The notes beneath the pieces were generated by a model, which searched no databases, was not told where the DNA came from, and worked only from the letters and a program-made list of their open reading frames with translations. The translations under genes and the position numbers were made by a program. A stretch of 56,382 nucleotides of DNA from a virus (taxonomy: Duplodnaviria; Caudoviricetes), in the IMG/VR virus record IMGVR_UViG_3300049454_000030, positions 1-56,382 of that record. One strand, given 5' to 3'. This document shows positions 27,820-36,641 of the stretch, in pieces (within the stretch, counting starts at the first letter, position 1; each line of letters opens with the position of its first letter).

Positions 27820-28112
27820 ATGTGCCCATTCTCTTCGAGCCACTGGTGTATTGCCTCCACGCTGGCGTTCTGTGCTGCACGTTGCCCCGGAGTGAAGTCG
27901 ACGTCTGAATGGTTGGCCAGTTCCTCAGCTGTCGGCTCCCGCTTCTTTCTGCAGAACAGGCACCAGACGCTTGTAGAGCCGTCGGTGATGTACCAGACCT
28001 TGTCCTGATGCCAGCCAATGGGGCATCGAATCCAGCCGGACCAGAATCGGATCCAGCGAAATGGAGACCGGATGCGGTACCACAATAGCCAGCACCGTGG
28101 ATATTTTGTCAC
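27816..28112 (-). CDS. hypothetical protein
   Basis: Trp-rich ORF with C..GWH...CLFC. Confidence 0.5.
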   Translation of the reverse strand: MTKYPRCWLLWYRIRSPFRWIRFWSGWIRCPIGWHQDKVWYITDGSTSVWCLFCRKKREPTAEELANHSDVDFTPGQRAAQNASVEAIHQWLEENGHI

Positions 28113-28113
28113 G

Positions 28114-28202
28114 CAGAGGATGCGAGACTCGAACTCGCGCGCCGTTTGTAAGCGACGTACACGTTCTCCAAACGTGCCCCTCGACCAAGCCGGTCATCCT
28201 CT
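28114..28202 (-). tRNA. tRNA-Ser(GGA)
   Basis: long V arm; loop TTGGAGA; G73. Confidence 0.8.
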
Positions 28203-28217
28203 ATATATATAGTACTG

Positions 28218-28290
28218 TGCCCCCGGAGAGATTCGAACTCCCGGCCTCCTGATCCGTAATCAGGCGTTCTCTCCGCTGAACTACGGGGGC
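28218..28290 (-). tRNA. tRNA-Arg(ACG)
   Basis: cloverleaf; loop TTACGGA. Confidence 0.9.
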
Positions 28291-28300
28291 ATGTATTGCG

Positions 28301-28374
28301 TAGGACGTGGAGGAATCGAACCTACCTATCTCCTCGTCATCAGCGAGGCGCCTTAACCAGTTGGCCAACGTCCC
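28301..28374 (-). tRNA. tRNA-Ile(GAT)
   Basis: cloverleaf; loop CTGATGA (G37). Confidence 0.8.
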
Positions 28375-28389
28375 ATGTACATAGTACTG

Positions 28390-28480
28390 CGGTGAGGACA
28401 GGATTTGAACCTGCGGGACCCCTTGCGGGGTCCTCCGTCTTAGCAGGACGGCGCCTTAAACCTGACTCGGCCACCTCACC
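28390..28480 (-). tRNA. tRNA-Ser(GCT)
   Basis: long V arm; loop CTGCTAA. Confidence 0.92.
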
Positions 28481-28482
28481 AT

Positions 28483-28806
28483 TTACCAATCTTCTGGAAT
28501 CTCGGCCACCTTGTACTTGGAGCTGAGAACGTAGGCATAGATCGTGGTGCCGTCGCAGTCTTCCTGCGGATACCACGCCTCAGTCCAGGCGTAGATCCCA
28601 GCTTCATGAACCCTACTGCTGATAGGATCCACGAACTCTTCATAGGCGGCTTCGTTGTACCGCATGTGGATCCGGCCTCCAGTCAACCGTTCCACATCAG
28701 ATATCACGGTGCTAATCCACGGACGCTGGTAGCCATCGTATGGTCTCTGGAGCCCTTTAGGTGTCCCGAGAGACGTCTCCCCCGGGACTTCATCGGCCAT
28801 CAACAT
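28483..28806 (-). CDS. hypothetical protein
   Basis: ORF between tRNAs with GGGAG RBS. Confidence 0.55.
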   Translation of the reverse strand: MLMADEVPGETSLGTPKGLQRPYDGYQRPWISTVISDVERLTGGRIHMRYNEAAYEEFVDPISSRVHEAGIYAWTEAWYPQEDCDGTTIYAYVLSSKYKVAEIPEDW

Positions 28807-28894
28807 GAGAACTAATCTCCCACACAAGCCGCCGATCGCCAACCGCCTGCACGGATAACAGTCCGTGTGCAAATTGACTTCAGTTGCAACTGCG

Positions 28895-28970
28895 CGGTTC
28901 GTACCAGATTTGAACTGGCGATCTTCGCCTTGACAGGGCGACGCGTTAGACCTGACTACGCTAACGAACC
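28895..28970 (-). tRNA. tRNA-Asp(GTC)
   Basis: cloverleaf; loop CTGTCAA. Confidence 0.92.
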
Positions 28971-28979
28971 ATGAGTACG

Positions 28980-29052
28980 TGCCCCGCCCGGGAGTCGAAC
29001 CCGAACTGAACTCTTTTTAAGAAAGTTTCCTCTACCGTTGGGATACCGGGAC
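28980..29052 (-). tRNA. tRNA-Leu(TAA), short V arm
   Basis: loop CTTAAAA; A73. Confidence 0.8.
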
Positions 29053-29099
29053 CCGTACAGCCCCTTGATCCTAGGCATGTTAAGAAGATCTTTGTCAAG

Positions 29100-29174
29100 T
29101 GCTCACGGAGAGATTCGAACTCATCACTGTCCGGTTCCTAAAACCGGTGTCTCCTGCCGTTGGACTACGTGAGC
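29100..29174 (-). tRNA. tRNA-Leu(TAG), short V arm
   Basis: loop TTTAGGA; A73. Confidence 0.85.
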
Positions 29175-29312
29175 GTTGGCGCGGTTCTCCAGGTCCCTGA
29201 CCCGTCGCCTAGCGAGCCTGGTCAGTTTCCTTGGTTCCCTACTCCGATGGACTCACTGGACGAGCGAACGTCCAGTGCCTCTGCTACCGGGACCCTGGTC
29301 CTGGTAGCATTG

Positions 29313-29385
29313 TGGACCTTGTCGGAGTTGAACCGACTGCCTCCGCTGTGCAAGAACGGCGCTCTACCAGATGAGCTAAAGGCCC
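29313..29385 (-). tRNA. tRNA-Ala(TGC)
   Basis: G3:U70; loop CTTGCAC. Confidence 0.9.
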
Positions 29386-29395
29386 GAACCATTGC

Positions 29396-29914
29396 TCACC
29401 AGTTCACGATTCGCCATCGCGTGTAGCACGGGAACTGGATCACATCAGTGCCATTGGCGGCAGGAAGAAAATAAGAGATGCATTTTCCTGAATGTACAGC
29501 TCGAAGATAACTGTTACCACTCCCGGCATCCACGTCATCGAAGAGTTGGTTTGTCTGAGACAGACCAAGGCAGGTGTATTGCTGGATGTGTGCACCATCG
29601 GCCTGTGAAACACTCTCCACATCAAGGCACTTTCCGCTATGGGCGGCCACAATCTGATACCGCCAGGCCTGACCTGCCTCGTACAGATAAAACTGCTGGT
29701 TGTACTGGTACGGGAGGCACTGGTACACCTGGAGGTAGGCTCCGTTGTCCTGTGAAACACCCCGCACATCCAGGCATTGATTGGTGCCTGAAACGGTGAT
29801 CCGATATGGACCGGATACCGCCGCTGATGCCAGGCCCGGGAAGGCTAGAACTAGCCCGGCGCTGAGCACAATTGCGGCCGCGATGCCTGCGACTTTTCGC
29901 TTGATGATGTTCAC
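29396..29914 (-). CDS. secreted ricin-B (beta-trefoil) lectin domain protein
   Basis: signal peptide; repeated SGKCLDV...S.ADGA..QQY.C...NQ.F. Confidence 0.9.
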   Translation of the reverse strand: MNIIKRKVAGIAAAIVLSAGLVLAFPGLASAAVSGPYRITVSGTNQCLDVRGVSQDNGAYLQVYQCLPYQYNQQFYLYEAGQAWRYQIVAAHSGKCLDVESVSQADGAHIQQYTCLGLSQTNQLFDDVDAGSGNSYLRAVHSGKCISYFLPAANGTDVIQFPCYTRWRIVNW

Positions 29915-30037
29915 CTATTTCTCAAAGGAGAATCAACTTTCGAATTGTGTGGGTAGGTAGACAGGAGGCGCCCCTGCGCGCCGGGTCAGTAGCACAACTT
30001 TACCTTTCAGCAGGGGGTCGTGAGCCTCCTGCCGCCG

Positions 30038-30110
30038 AGCTGATGACGTGGATCGAACACGCTGCCTCGTCCGTACGAAGGACGCGTCCTACCTTCAGGA
30101 CTTCACCAGC
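30038..30110 (-). tRNA. tRNA-Thr(CGT)
   Basis: cloverleaf; loop TTCGTAC. Confidence 0.85.
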
Positions 30111-30132
30111 ATACGTATCGCATACTTGATCT

Positions 30133-30333
30133 ATGAGTGAAACTGTTCAGATCATTGGCGCCGTCGCCACCGGCGTGGTTGCCATAATTGCCGCCTATGG
30201 CGCTGTTCAAACCAAACGCGTCCATACCCTTGTCAATTCCAAAAATGATGCGATGACTGCACGAATTGACCAGCTCACCGAGGAGCTGCATGTCCGAGGA
30301 GACGGGTCAGTTCCTGAAGTTCCCAAAGAGTAG
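30133..30333 (+). CDS. small membrane protein (TM plus coiled coil)
   Basis: TM helix followed by VHTLVNS; CATACT-6-ATG leaderless start. Confidence 0.65.
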   Translation: MSETVQIIGAVATGVVAIIAAYGAVQTKRVHTLVNSKNDAMTARIDQLTEELHVRGDGSVPEVPKE

Positions 30334-30338
30334 GTACG

Positions 30339-30375
30339 AATCGCCCAGGGCCTAGATCATTGACCCTGGGCGATT
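30339..30375. terminator. bidirectional terminator hairpin
   Basis: AATCGCCCAGGG...CCCTGGGCGATT between convergent genes. Confidence 0.7.
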
Positions 30376-30390
30376 GCGTATCCATCTGCT

Positions 30391-31341
30391 TTACGCGTGA
30401 GCGCGGCGACGAGACACAAACAGACCCACGATCAACAAGATGCCGGTCAGGACGAGTCCCGCGCCAACTCCGATGACGCTGGTGACAGATGCTCCGGTCA
30501 CAGGCAACTGTCCCTGGTTGATGACTACAGGAGGTGTCGTTGGAGCTGGGGTCGTTGGGCAGGGAAGCCCGGTGATATCGCCGGCTTCTTCACTCTGGCC
30601 GTCGTTGCTGTCCTCGTCGGCTGCATCCCACCACTTCTCGATGCACGTTCGGTATGTCCAGGCCCAGTCATCATTGATGGCTTTACGCTCGGATCCGAAC
30701 AGTGAAGGCACCCACGTGGGTGTGGACGGTGCATCGGAGCCATCAACCGTCTCCCCATCCAGATCACTGGCGTCGAAGGTGCACCAGTGTGCAGGGGCCA
30801 GGAGGTCGGCAGTGAAGCCACCCTCCATGGTTCCCGGCATACCACCCAGTAGCGCGGCGCCGTTGTTCGGTGACAACGTCGCACCGGCCTTGGTGACGAA
30901 CGTACCGTCATCCTCCACGACCGCATGATAGGCCCAGATGAGGTGCAGATGTTTCACCAGATCACACAATGTGAACTGCGGGTATTCCTTCTTCGTCTCG
31001 GCGATCTGCGAGTCGATGGTGGGAGCATCTGCGGTCTCTGCCGCTGCTGCAGTAGGTAGCACGTAGCCAGGACCACCGGTCAGGGTGACGGTGCGGTCGA
31101 ATGTGTCCAGGGCCCACACAGCCGGTGGCGGGGAGCCGTGTCCATGGTCCTCGCGATTGACGACATGCGTGGTGACGGTCCTTGTCTCCGGTTCTGCTGG
31201 TTCAGCTGCTTGAGCCGAACCGGCAAAGGCTAGCGAAAGACCGAGGCCAGCCACAATAGCACTGCAGCCGGCGAGCCAGGGGGCATGTTTGCCCACGGTA
31301 GGAATCCTCTCGGGTTCGGGGGTATTGCTCTGTTCTGGCAA
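30391..31341 (-). CDS. LPXTG sortase-anchored surface protein
   Basis: signal peptide; P/T linker; LPVTG plus TM plus RRR tail. Confidence 0.85.
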   Translation of the reverse strand: MPEQSNTPEPERIPTVGKHAPWLAGCSAIVAGLGLSLAFAGSAQAAEPAEPETRTVTTHVVNREDHGHGSPPPAVWALDTFDRTVTLTGGPGYVLPTAAAAETADAPTIDSQIAETKKEYPQFTLCDLVKHLHLIWAYHAVVEDDGTFVTKAGATLSPNNGAALLGGMPGTMEGGFTADLLAPAHWCTFDASDLDGETVDGSDAPSTPTWVPSLFGSERKAINDDWAWTYRTCIEKWWDAADEDSNDGQSEEAGDITGLPCPTTPAPTTPPVVINQGQLPVTGASVTSVIGVGAGLVLTGILLIVGLFVSRRRAHA

Positions 31342-31345
31342 TACG

Positions 31346-31418
31346 AGCCGACACGGCGACTTGAACGCCGAACCTATCGCTTACAAGGCGATTGCACCAC
31401 CAGTTGTGCTATGCCGGC
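31346..31418 (-). tRNA. tRNA-Thr(TGT)
   Basis: cloverleaf; loop CTTGTAA. Confidence 0.9.
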
Positions 31419-31424
31419 AACGAG

Positions 31425-31766
31425 CTACTTCTTCTTCCGTTTGCAGATCTTGTTGTACGTCTCCTGGTCGATGTCCACATGGACCAGGACCGTACGCTCC
31501 TTGAGGCTGAGGTGGTAGTCGCGTAGATTCTGGCGGACACCCCAAGGAAGTACATCCAGTGGGTGGCCCTTGTGGGTTCGATAGATCCACCAATCTACGA
31601 CGTGTTCAAGACGCTTGAACCCAGGTACTTTGAACACTCGCATGCTGTACCAGGAGTACATCTCAGAAGCTATCCACCATCGCCATGGCTGTTCCCACAA
31701 CTCCACATGCCAGGAACAGAGATTGCGCGCACGGTAAGCGACGAAGGGTGTGTATCCACGTTTCAC
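31425..31766 (-). CDS. hypothetical protein
   Basis: 113-aa ORF filling the gap between two tRNAs. Confidence 0.55.
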   Translation of the reverse strand: MKRGYTPFVAYRARNLCSWHVELWEQPWRWWIASEMYSWYSMRVFKVPGFKRLEHVVDWWIYRTHKGHPLDVLPWGVRQNLRDYHLSLKERTVLVHVDIDQETYNKICKRKKK

Positions 31767-31767
31767 G

Positions 31768-31841
31768 TACCCGCGACAGGAATCGAACCTGCAAGCACTA
31801 GGACCTCATCCTAGCGGCTTTTCCACTTTGCCTACACGGGC
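31768..31841 (-). tRNA. tRNA-Leu(GAG), short V arm
   Basis: CTAGG-ATGAGGT-CCTAG. Confidence 0.85.
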
Positions 31842-31929
31842 CCCACGTTCCACGTGATCCACGATCATGGAACGGTCGTACTCCATAACAGATCTCAACG
31901 GGTCTCCAGTCCGTTGCTGGATCACTGCG

Positions 31930-32002
31930 CTTGGGGCCCAGGACTCGAACCTAGACCGACGGTTTCAGAGACCGCCATGCTCACCAATTACACCAGCCCC
32001 AA
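31930..32002 (-). tRNA. tRNA-Gln(CTG)
   Basis: loop CTCTGAA; U1:A72; G73. Confidence 0.9.
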
Positions 32003-32170
32003 TTAGCAAGGTACCGTGCAAACACCATTTGCACGGCTGCTCGGTCATCATCCAGCCACCTTGGTGACCAGATAGCCTGGGACCCGCGTGGAGACCGATA
32101 CACCCTTTCGGGACCTTGTTTTAGTCCAGATCCCAGCACTTGCATCTAAGACGATGCGGGACCTGGATAC

Positions 32171-32614
32171 TTACCGCCGTAGTGTAGCCCAGCTAGGCGC
32201 TACCGGCTTGACTCGTAGGACCATGCCAGCTTCAACTGGGGTCCGGTCACCTTTGCGCTGGTTGCAGGGATCGCAGCAGGCAACGGTATTGGCCCACGAG
32301 TTCTTGCCCCCACGCGAGGTGGGAATGACATGGTCGACCGTGTTGCCGTGCGACGATCCACAGTAGCCGCAGATCCTACCGTCCCGGCCAAGGACTCCCG
32401 GCCTGGACCAGGCGGGTCCTGCCGTATAGCGCCACTTGGTGACAACGTACCTGACTAGTCTCACGGCCCTGGGCATTGGCCAAGGGCCGTAACGTATTTC
32501 CGGGTCTGACTCATGGACCTCGGCCACTTGACGGCAGAGCATTCGAATTGCGTGCCTGAGGCTGACCCGGTGCAAAGGCCCTAGGTCAGCGTTGAGAACG
32601 AGAACTGCCTGCAC
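32171..32614 (-). CDS. HNH endonuclease (McrA-like actinobacterial family)
   Basis: VLVLNAD..PL; RDG..CGYCG...TVDHVIP.SRGG.NSW.N.VACC..CNQRKGDRTP.EAGM. Confidence 0.9.
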   Translation of the reverse strand: MQAVLVLNADLGPLHRVSLRHAIRMLCRQVAEVHESDPEIRYGPWPMPRAVRLVRYVVTKWRYTAGPAWSRPGVLGRDGRICGYCGSSHGNTVDHVIPTSRGGKNSWANTVACCDPCNQRKGDRTPVEAGMVLRVKPVAPSWATLRR

Positions 32615-32661
32615 CGGAATCACCTTCCTTCTTGGGGTGCAGCGAACCTCTGTGCGAGACG

Positions 32662-32734
32662 AGCAGATGACGCGATTCGAACGCGCGACAACGACGTTGG
32701 CAACGTCGGACTCTACCAACTGAGTTACATCTGC
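32662..32734 (-). tRNA. tRNA-Gly(GCC)
   Basis: loop TTGCCAA; U73. Confidence 0.9.
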
Positions 32735-33069
32735 ATGTAGATCCTTGGCGTCAGACTTCTCCCTCGTAGGGGGGCTGCTTCCAAAGTTTCACCTGAGTCT
32801 TACTTTTTCGCCGAAGTGCTACTTTTCAGCCCCAAGCTACCGACAATGCCGGGTCATACTCCCGGACCAAGGTTCGCTGGGATCACCCACTACCCAAGCA
32901 TTCCGTTGCCTTCACCCAGACGTTCAACAAGAAAAGCAACCATCATCCATCACAGCCTCCCACCTATCTGTCTACTGGTGGTTTCTCATCGTCGGCTCCG
33001 GCCTCCGGTTCTTGCTGTTCGACTACCAACGGTCCCATTCTTTATTTTAGGGGCGCCACTTGGGCGCAG

Positions 33070-33144
33070 AGCCGAAGTCCTGATTTGAACAGGAGACCCT
33101 CTCCTTACCATGGAGATGCTCTGACCTGACTGAGCTACATCGGC
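33070..33144 (-). tRNA. tRNA-Thr(GGT)
   Basis: loop ATGGTAA. Confidence 0.88.
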
Positions 33145-33521
33145 AATATGATTCTTTGCAGTCCGGGCCATCCAGGATCCCGCATCAAGGTGACGCCTAT
33201 GATCTCCAAGGACGTGAACCAGGGGAAAGGTTCAGCATCCATGGTGAACTCGCGACTCGCATCGAAGCAGGGATACAGGTCACCGCGACCCCTGATGGTA
33301 TCTTTTTCCAGTTGAAGCTGGGCCCAGATCTCGTCCTGGTTCTTGTCCCAGATCCTTCCGACCTTACCTACCATGACCCGCTCATGTGTACCCGTGAGGG
33401 GAATGACAGCAGGAGCACCTCCTTGTCGAAGTGTGACCACGGCGCTTCTTGTGATACCACGTCCATCAACTGTTGGTAGGTTGCGAAAGGCGATGGGGCC
33501 AGCCCACCAGAAACTGTTCAC
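33135..33521 (-). CDS. hypothetical protein, weakly reminiscent of prohead-protease folds
   Basis: PTVDGR, VGKV.RIW, GVTL...PGW resemble the N-terminus of the 47043 protein. Confidence 0.5.
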   Translation of the reverse strand: MNSFWWAGPIAFRNLPTVDGRGITRSAVVTLRQGGAPAVIPLTGTHERVMVGKVGRIWDKNQDEIWAQLQLEKDTIRGRGDLYPCFDASREFTMDAEPFPWFTSLEIIGVTLMRDPGWPGLQRIILPM

Positions 33522-33522
33522 G

Positions 33523-33597
33523 TGCCACTCCCGGGATTCGAACCCGGACTAGAACCGCTTTTGAAACGGAATCCTCTACCATTTGGGATAGAGCGGC
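33523..33597 (-). tRNA. tRNA-Leu(CAA), short V arm
   Basis: loop TTCAAAA; A73. Confidence 0.85.
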
Positions 33598-33720
33598 GTA
33601 ACGCTCCCCGAGCAATTGAGACGGCGACAGGGTCAGTGTCGATCCGCTCAGTCGTGACCCCCCGGGGAACGATAATCGGATTCCTGGATTGCTTCTCCAG
33701 GTCCGACGTTGTAGGGATCT

Positions 33721-33990
33721 TCAGTCAGGATCGGTGAAGTCCGGGTTCCAGGGTTCGTAGACCTGTCTGGGTTCTGGACGTTCGACCCGACGCATGAGCA
33801 CCATCGTTTGGTGCTTGAGCATGCAGTCATCACAGATGAAGATGACGAGCCCGGGCGCGTTGCCCACTGGGTCATAGACCGTACTGCCGTAGCTGCCGTA
33901 CGAGGCGAACACAAGCCCAGAATCTGGTGGCCCTGGATCTTCACCCGCGAAGGCCGGCTCCAGCGTCTTGTCGCATTTGAAGCAGTACAA
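33721..33990 (-). CDS. small Zn-ribbon protein
   Basis: CFKC...GSYGSTVYDP...ICDDC; AGGAGG RBS. Confidence 0.65.
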   Translation of the reverse strand: MYCFKCDKTLEPAFAGEDPGPPDSGLVFASYGSYGSTVYDPVGNAPGLVIFICDDCMLKHQTMVLMRRVERPEPRQVYEPWNPDFTDPD

Positions 33991-34188
33991 TGTCCCTCCT
34001 TGGGGAAAGTGTTAGGAGATAGGCGTAGACCTCACTTGCCTGTTGATTCAGGCGGAATTTACCAGGTGTCATTACCGGTCTTCACGGCCGCTATCCCGGA
34101 GTTCCCCAGTCCGTTATCGGTGTACCTGGTGCCCATCGCTGAATCCCGGATTGACGTAGCTAGCGCCACCACCGGCTGACCTATCTCC

Positions 34189-34268
34189 TGGCTCCGGGTA
34201 CAGGAATCGAACCTGTGTCTGTACCGAGCACCAAAGGCTCGTCACGGCTGCCAACACCGTACCCCGGA
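34189..34268 (-). tRNA. tRNA-Gln(TTG)
   Basis: CGAGC-CTTTGGT-GCTCG; encoded CCA. Confidence 0.8.
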
Positions 34269-34310
34269 ATGATAGCATGACTGACCATTCTGCCTGATGT
34301 AATATGTCCG

Positions 34311-34384
34311 TGCGGATGCCGGGACTCGAACCCGATACCTTCAGTTTGGAAGACTGACGTGCAAACCTGTTACACCTCATCCAC
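34311..34384 (-). tRNA. tRNA-Gly(TCC)
   Basis: loop CTTCCAA. Confidence 0.85.
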
Positions 34385-34524
34385 TTCATGCCGGCGAGGG
34401 GGCCAGGACGCTATCCCAGCTCATATTCCCTTCACCGCGCACGACACCCCTGCCGCCGGTACCAGCGACTTCTATGTCCCGAACAGGGGGACGGGCCATG
34501 GAGTGACGGCCACATTCAGTGAGC

Positions 34525-35541
34525 CTAGATCAGATACAAGTACTTCGTGCCAGCCGGTAGTTTCCGGTTGATGGACGTGGACTGGACGAAGATGGTGAAG
34601 TCTGCGTTGTAGTCCGGCTTTACCCGGACATCCATGTCCGGTAGCCCGATCATCTGCCGCGCATCCCGGCCACTGTATACCTTCGAATCCCGCTTGCTGA
34701 CCACCACCACGTCTTTGGTGGATTGGATCGTCTCCGTTTTCATCAGCTGATAGAAGCCACGACCCACCTGGTACTTGTGGCCACACTCTTCGGTGAACGC
34801 CTTGATGACGGAATCGATGGGAACTGGCACCAGGACATAGGTGCCTTTCGCCATGGGCACGAGCCCGGCCTGGCTGATGGTCTGCGTGTTCACGGCCGCC
34901 GCATCGGTAGAGAACAGGTTCCTGGTGGACCGTACACCTGTGGCCCGTCCGGCCATGTAGGCATCGGTGGCGGTACGGACTCGGGCACCCACTTCGGCGA
35001 CGCCGGTTCCTGAGCTGGTATCCCAGATTTCTACGTTGCCGGCTGGAAATCCGAACCGTTTCGCCTCGTACTTGGCATTCGTGTTCGGTACCAACGCGGC
35101 CAGGGTCCAGTGATCCGGGAGGCTGTTCAGGCGGGCATGGAGCGTAGCTGCTGTGTTCCGGCTACGGTTCTCCTCGCCATCGGTCAGGACGTACACCAAG
35201 AAGGAGTGGTCGCCGTAACGTTCCGGCGTCTCACTCAAGTCATCAATGCTCTTGAGGGTGGCATCAATGAAAGCTGTGTTGCCCAGGGGACTGTAGTATG
35301 TCGCCAGACTCGGTAACCGGAGCACATCCTTGTCCCAGACAACGCACTGGATATTGGTCGGATCCGCGAACGTCCAGACCGATATCCGGGTCTCCTGATC
35401 AAGTTCCTGGGAACGTTGGGCAAGGTATTTGGTCTGGTTGTCAGCAACCTGAACTAAACTTCTTGCATGACTAGTCATTGAACTGGAAGCGTCTAAGACT
35501 AAGCCAATGTGATTGATGATATTCGCGGCAGCTTTGCCCAT
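34525..35541 (-). CDS. von Willebrand factor A domain protein
   Basis: MIDAS DASSSM, GNTA..DA, LTDGEEN.S; C-terminal G.GFYQL.K.E...FVQSTS.NRKL domain. Confidence 0.85.
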   Translation of the reverse strand: MGKAAANIINHIGLVLDASSSMTSHARSLVQVADNQTKYLAQRSQELDQETRISVWTFADPTNIQCVVWDKDVLRLPSLATYYSPLGNTAFIDATLKSIDDLSETPERYGDHSFLVYVLTDGEENRSRNTAATLHARLNSLPDHWTLAALVPNTNAKYEAKRFGFPAGNVEIWDTSSGTGVAEVGARVRTATDAYMAGRATGVRSTRNLFSTDAAAVNTQTISQAGLVPMAKGTYVLVPVPIDSVIKAFTEECGHKYQVGRGFYQLMKTETIQSTKDVVVVSKRDSKVYSGRDARQMIGLPDMDVRVKPDYNADFTIFVQSTSINRKLPAGTKYLYLI

Positions 35542-35648
35542 GCGAGTCCTCTCTGGCGGCCAGAATGATTGCGGATGGCGCCTTGACCCAGGCTTACGCC
35601 ACCCTGGCTGCCTCCATATCCCCACAGGGGGATACCTGGGTGGCGCCG

Positions 35649-35724
35649 TGAACCATGCCGGATTTGAACCGGCGTTCTCCAGATTGAGAATCTGGCGTGT
35701 TTGACCTGACTACACCAATGGTCC
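35649..35724 (-). tRNA. tRNA-Glu(CTC)
   Basis: loop TTCTCAA. Confidence 0.88.
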
Positions 35725-35732
35725 AAGGTGTG

Positions 35733-35805
35733 TGTTCTCCACCGGAGTCGAACCGGTACCCAGGATTTTTCAGATCCTTGTGCCAACCTCCTACACCAGG
35801 AGAAC
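35733..35805 (-). tRNA. tRNA-Phe(GAA)
   Basis: AGGAT-CTGAAAA-ATCCT. Confidence 0.88.
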
Positions 35806-35806
35806 A

Positions 35807-35877
35807 TATAGCTACGGAGATTGAACTCCGGTTTCCGCGTCGCGAACACGGCGCTCTACCAATTGAGTTATAGCCCC
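35807..35877 (-). tRNA. tRNA-Ala(CGC), degenerate acceptor end
   Basis: loop TTCGCGA; 6-nt T loop; mismatched terminal pairs. Confidence 0.6.
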
Positions 35878-36107
35878 ATGAACTGTTCACATTCTTCAGG
35901 AGTCATCTCTCGCCCAATATGCCAGTCATCGCACCAGAAGCAGGGATAACCCTCCATTGAGCGGTTAAACTTTATGGTCATGTTTGCTGCTACGAAGATA
36001 GCCGTTTCTTCGCTACCGTACTTTACCTTTGTGCCGCACGTTGCTTCGCGACCATACTCACGACCGGCGGCAAGATGCATGGCAACAATTACTGCATCCA
36101 TCACCAC
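35868..36107 (-). CDS. small Zn-finger protein
   Basis: CGTKVKY...YPCFWCDDWH; same pattern as the 23427 protein. Confidence 0.6.
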   Translation of the reverse strand: MVMDAVIVAMHLAAGREYGREATCGTKVKYGSEETAIFVAANMTIKFNRSMEGYPCFWCDDWHIGREMTPEECEQFMGL

Positions 36108-36123
36108 TCCTCATGGAGGCTTT

Positions 36124-36217
36124 TGGGGTGTGTGGCGGGACTTGGACGACCCGCATCTTCCGGCACTTATTCGACAACGTCTAAAACCCGGTGCTCTTTC
36201 CTTGAGCTACACACACC
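36124..36217 (-). tRNA. tRNA-like gene with His-type G-1:C73 acceptor, elongated anticodon arm and 10-nt T loop
   Basis: G-GTGTGTG/CACACAC-C-CCA; normal D arm; CCGG-N24-CCGG. Confidence 0.65.
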
Positions 36218-36218
36218 G

Positions 36219-36291
36219 TGGACCCTATCGGTTTTGAACCGATTGCCTCCGCCCTGCCGAGACGGCGCTCTACCAAATGAGCTAAGAGCCC
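36219..36291 (-). tRNA. tRNA-Ala(GGC)
   Basis: G3:U70; loop TCGGCAG (C33). Confidence 0.85.
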
Positions 36292-36456
36292 TTGAAATGC
36301 CGGCCTAAACCATCTACCGGCTTGCGTGCGCATCCATGAAGTCATGTCGGACATGTGGTGCCACCGAGAGACCTGCCTCGACATCCGACCCTGAAGCAAA
36401 GGACCTTCCTCTTGATCGGAGAGGGAATTCCCAATGCAACCGCACGCTTCCATCCG

Positions 36457-36529
36457 TCGGGCGCCCCAGAGTCGAACTGGGTGTTTTCTGCTCCCAAAGC
36501 AGACGGGTTAACCGTCTCCCTCGCGCCCG
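36457..36529 (-). tRNA. tRNA-Pro(TGG)
   Basis: C1:G72, A73; loop TTTGGGA. Confidence 0.88.
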
Positions 36530-36641
36530 AGGTACGCAGATCCTGGCCCAGGCCCCGAAGAACCTGAGCCAGGTCTGCTACACATGCTGTTCACTGTGAA
36601 GTTGACAAGAAACACTTCCCCGGTTCCCCGGTTATATCACG

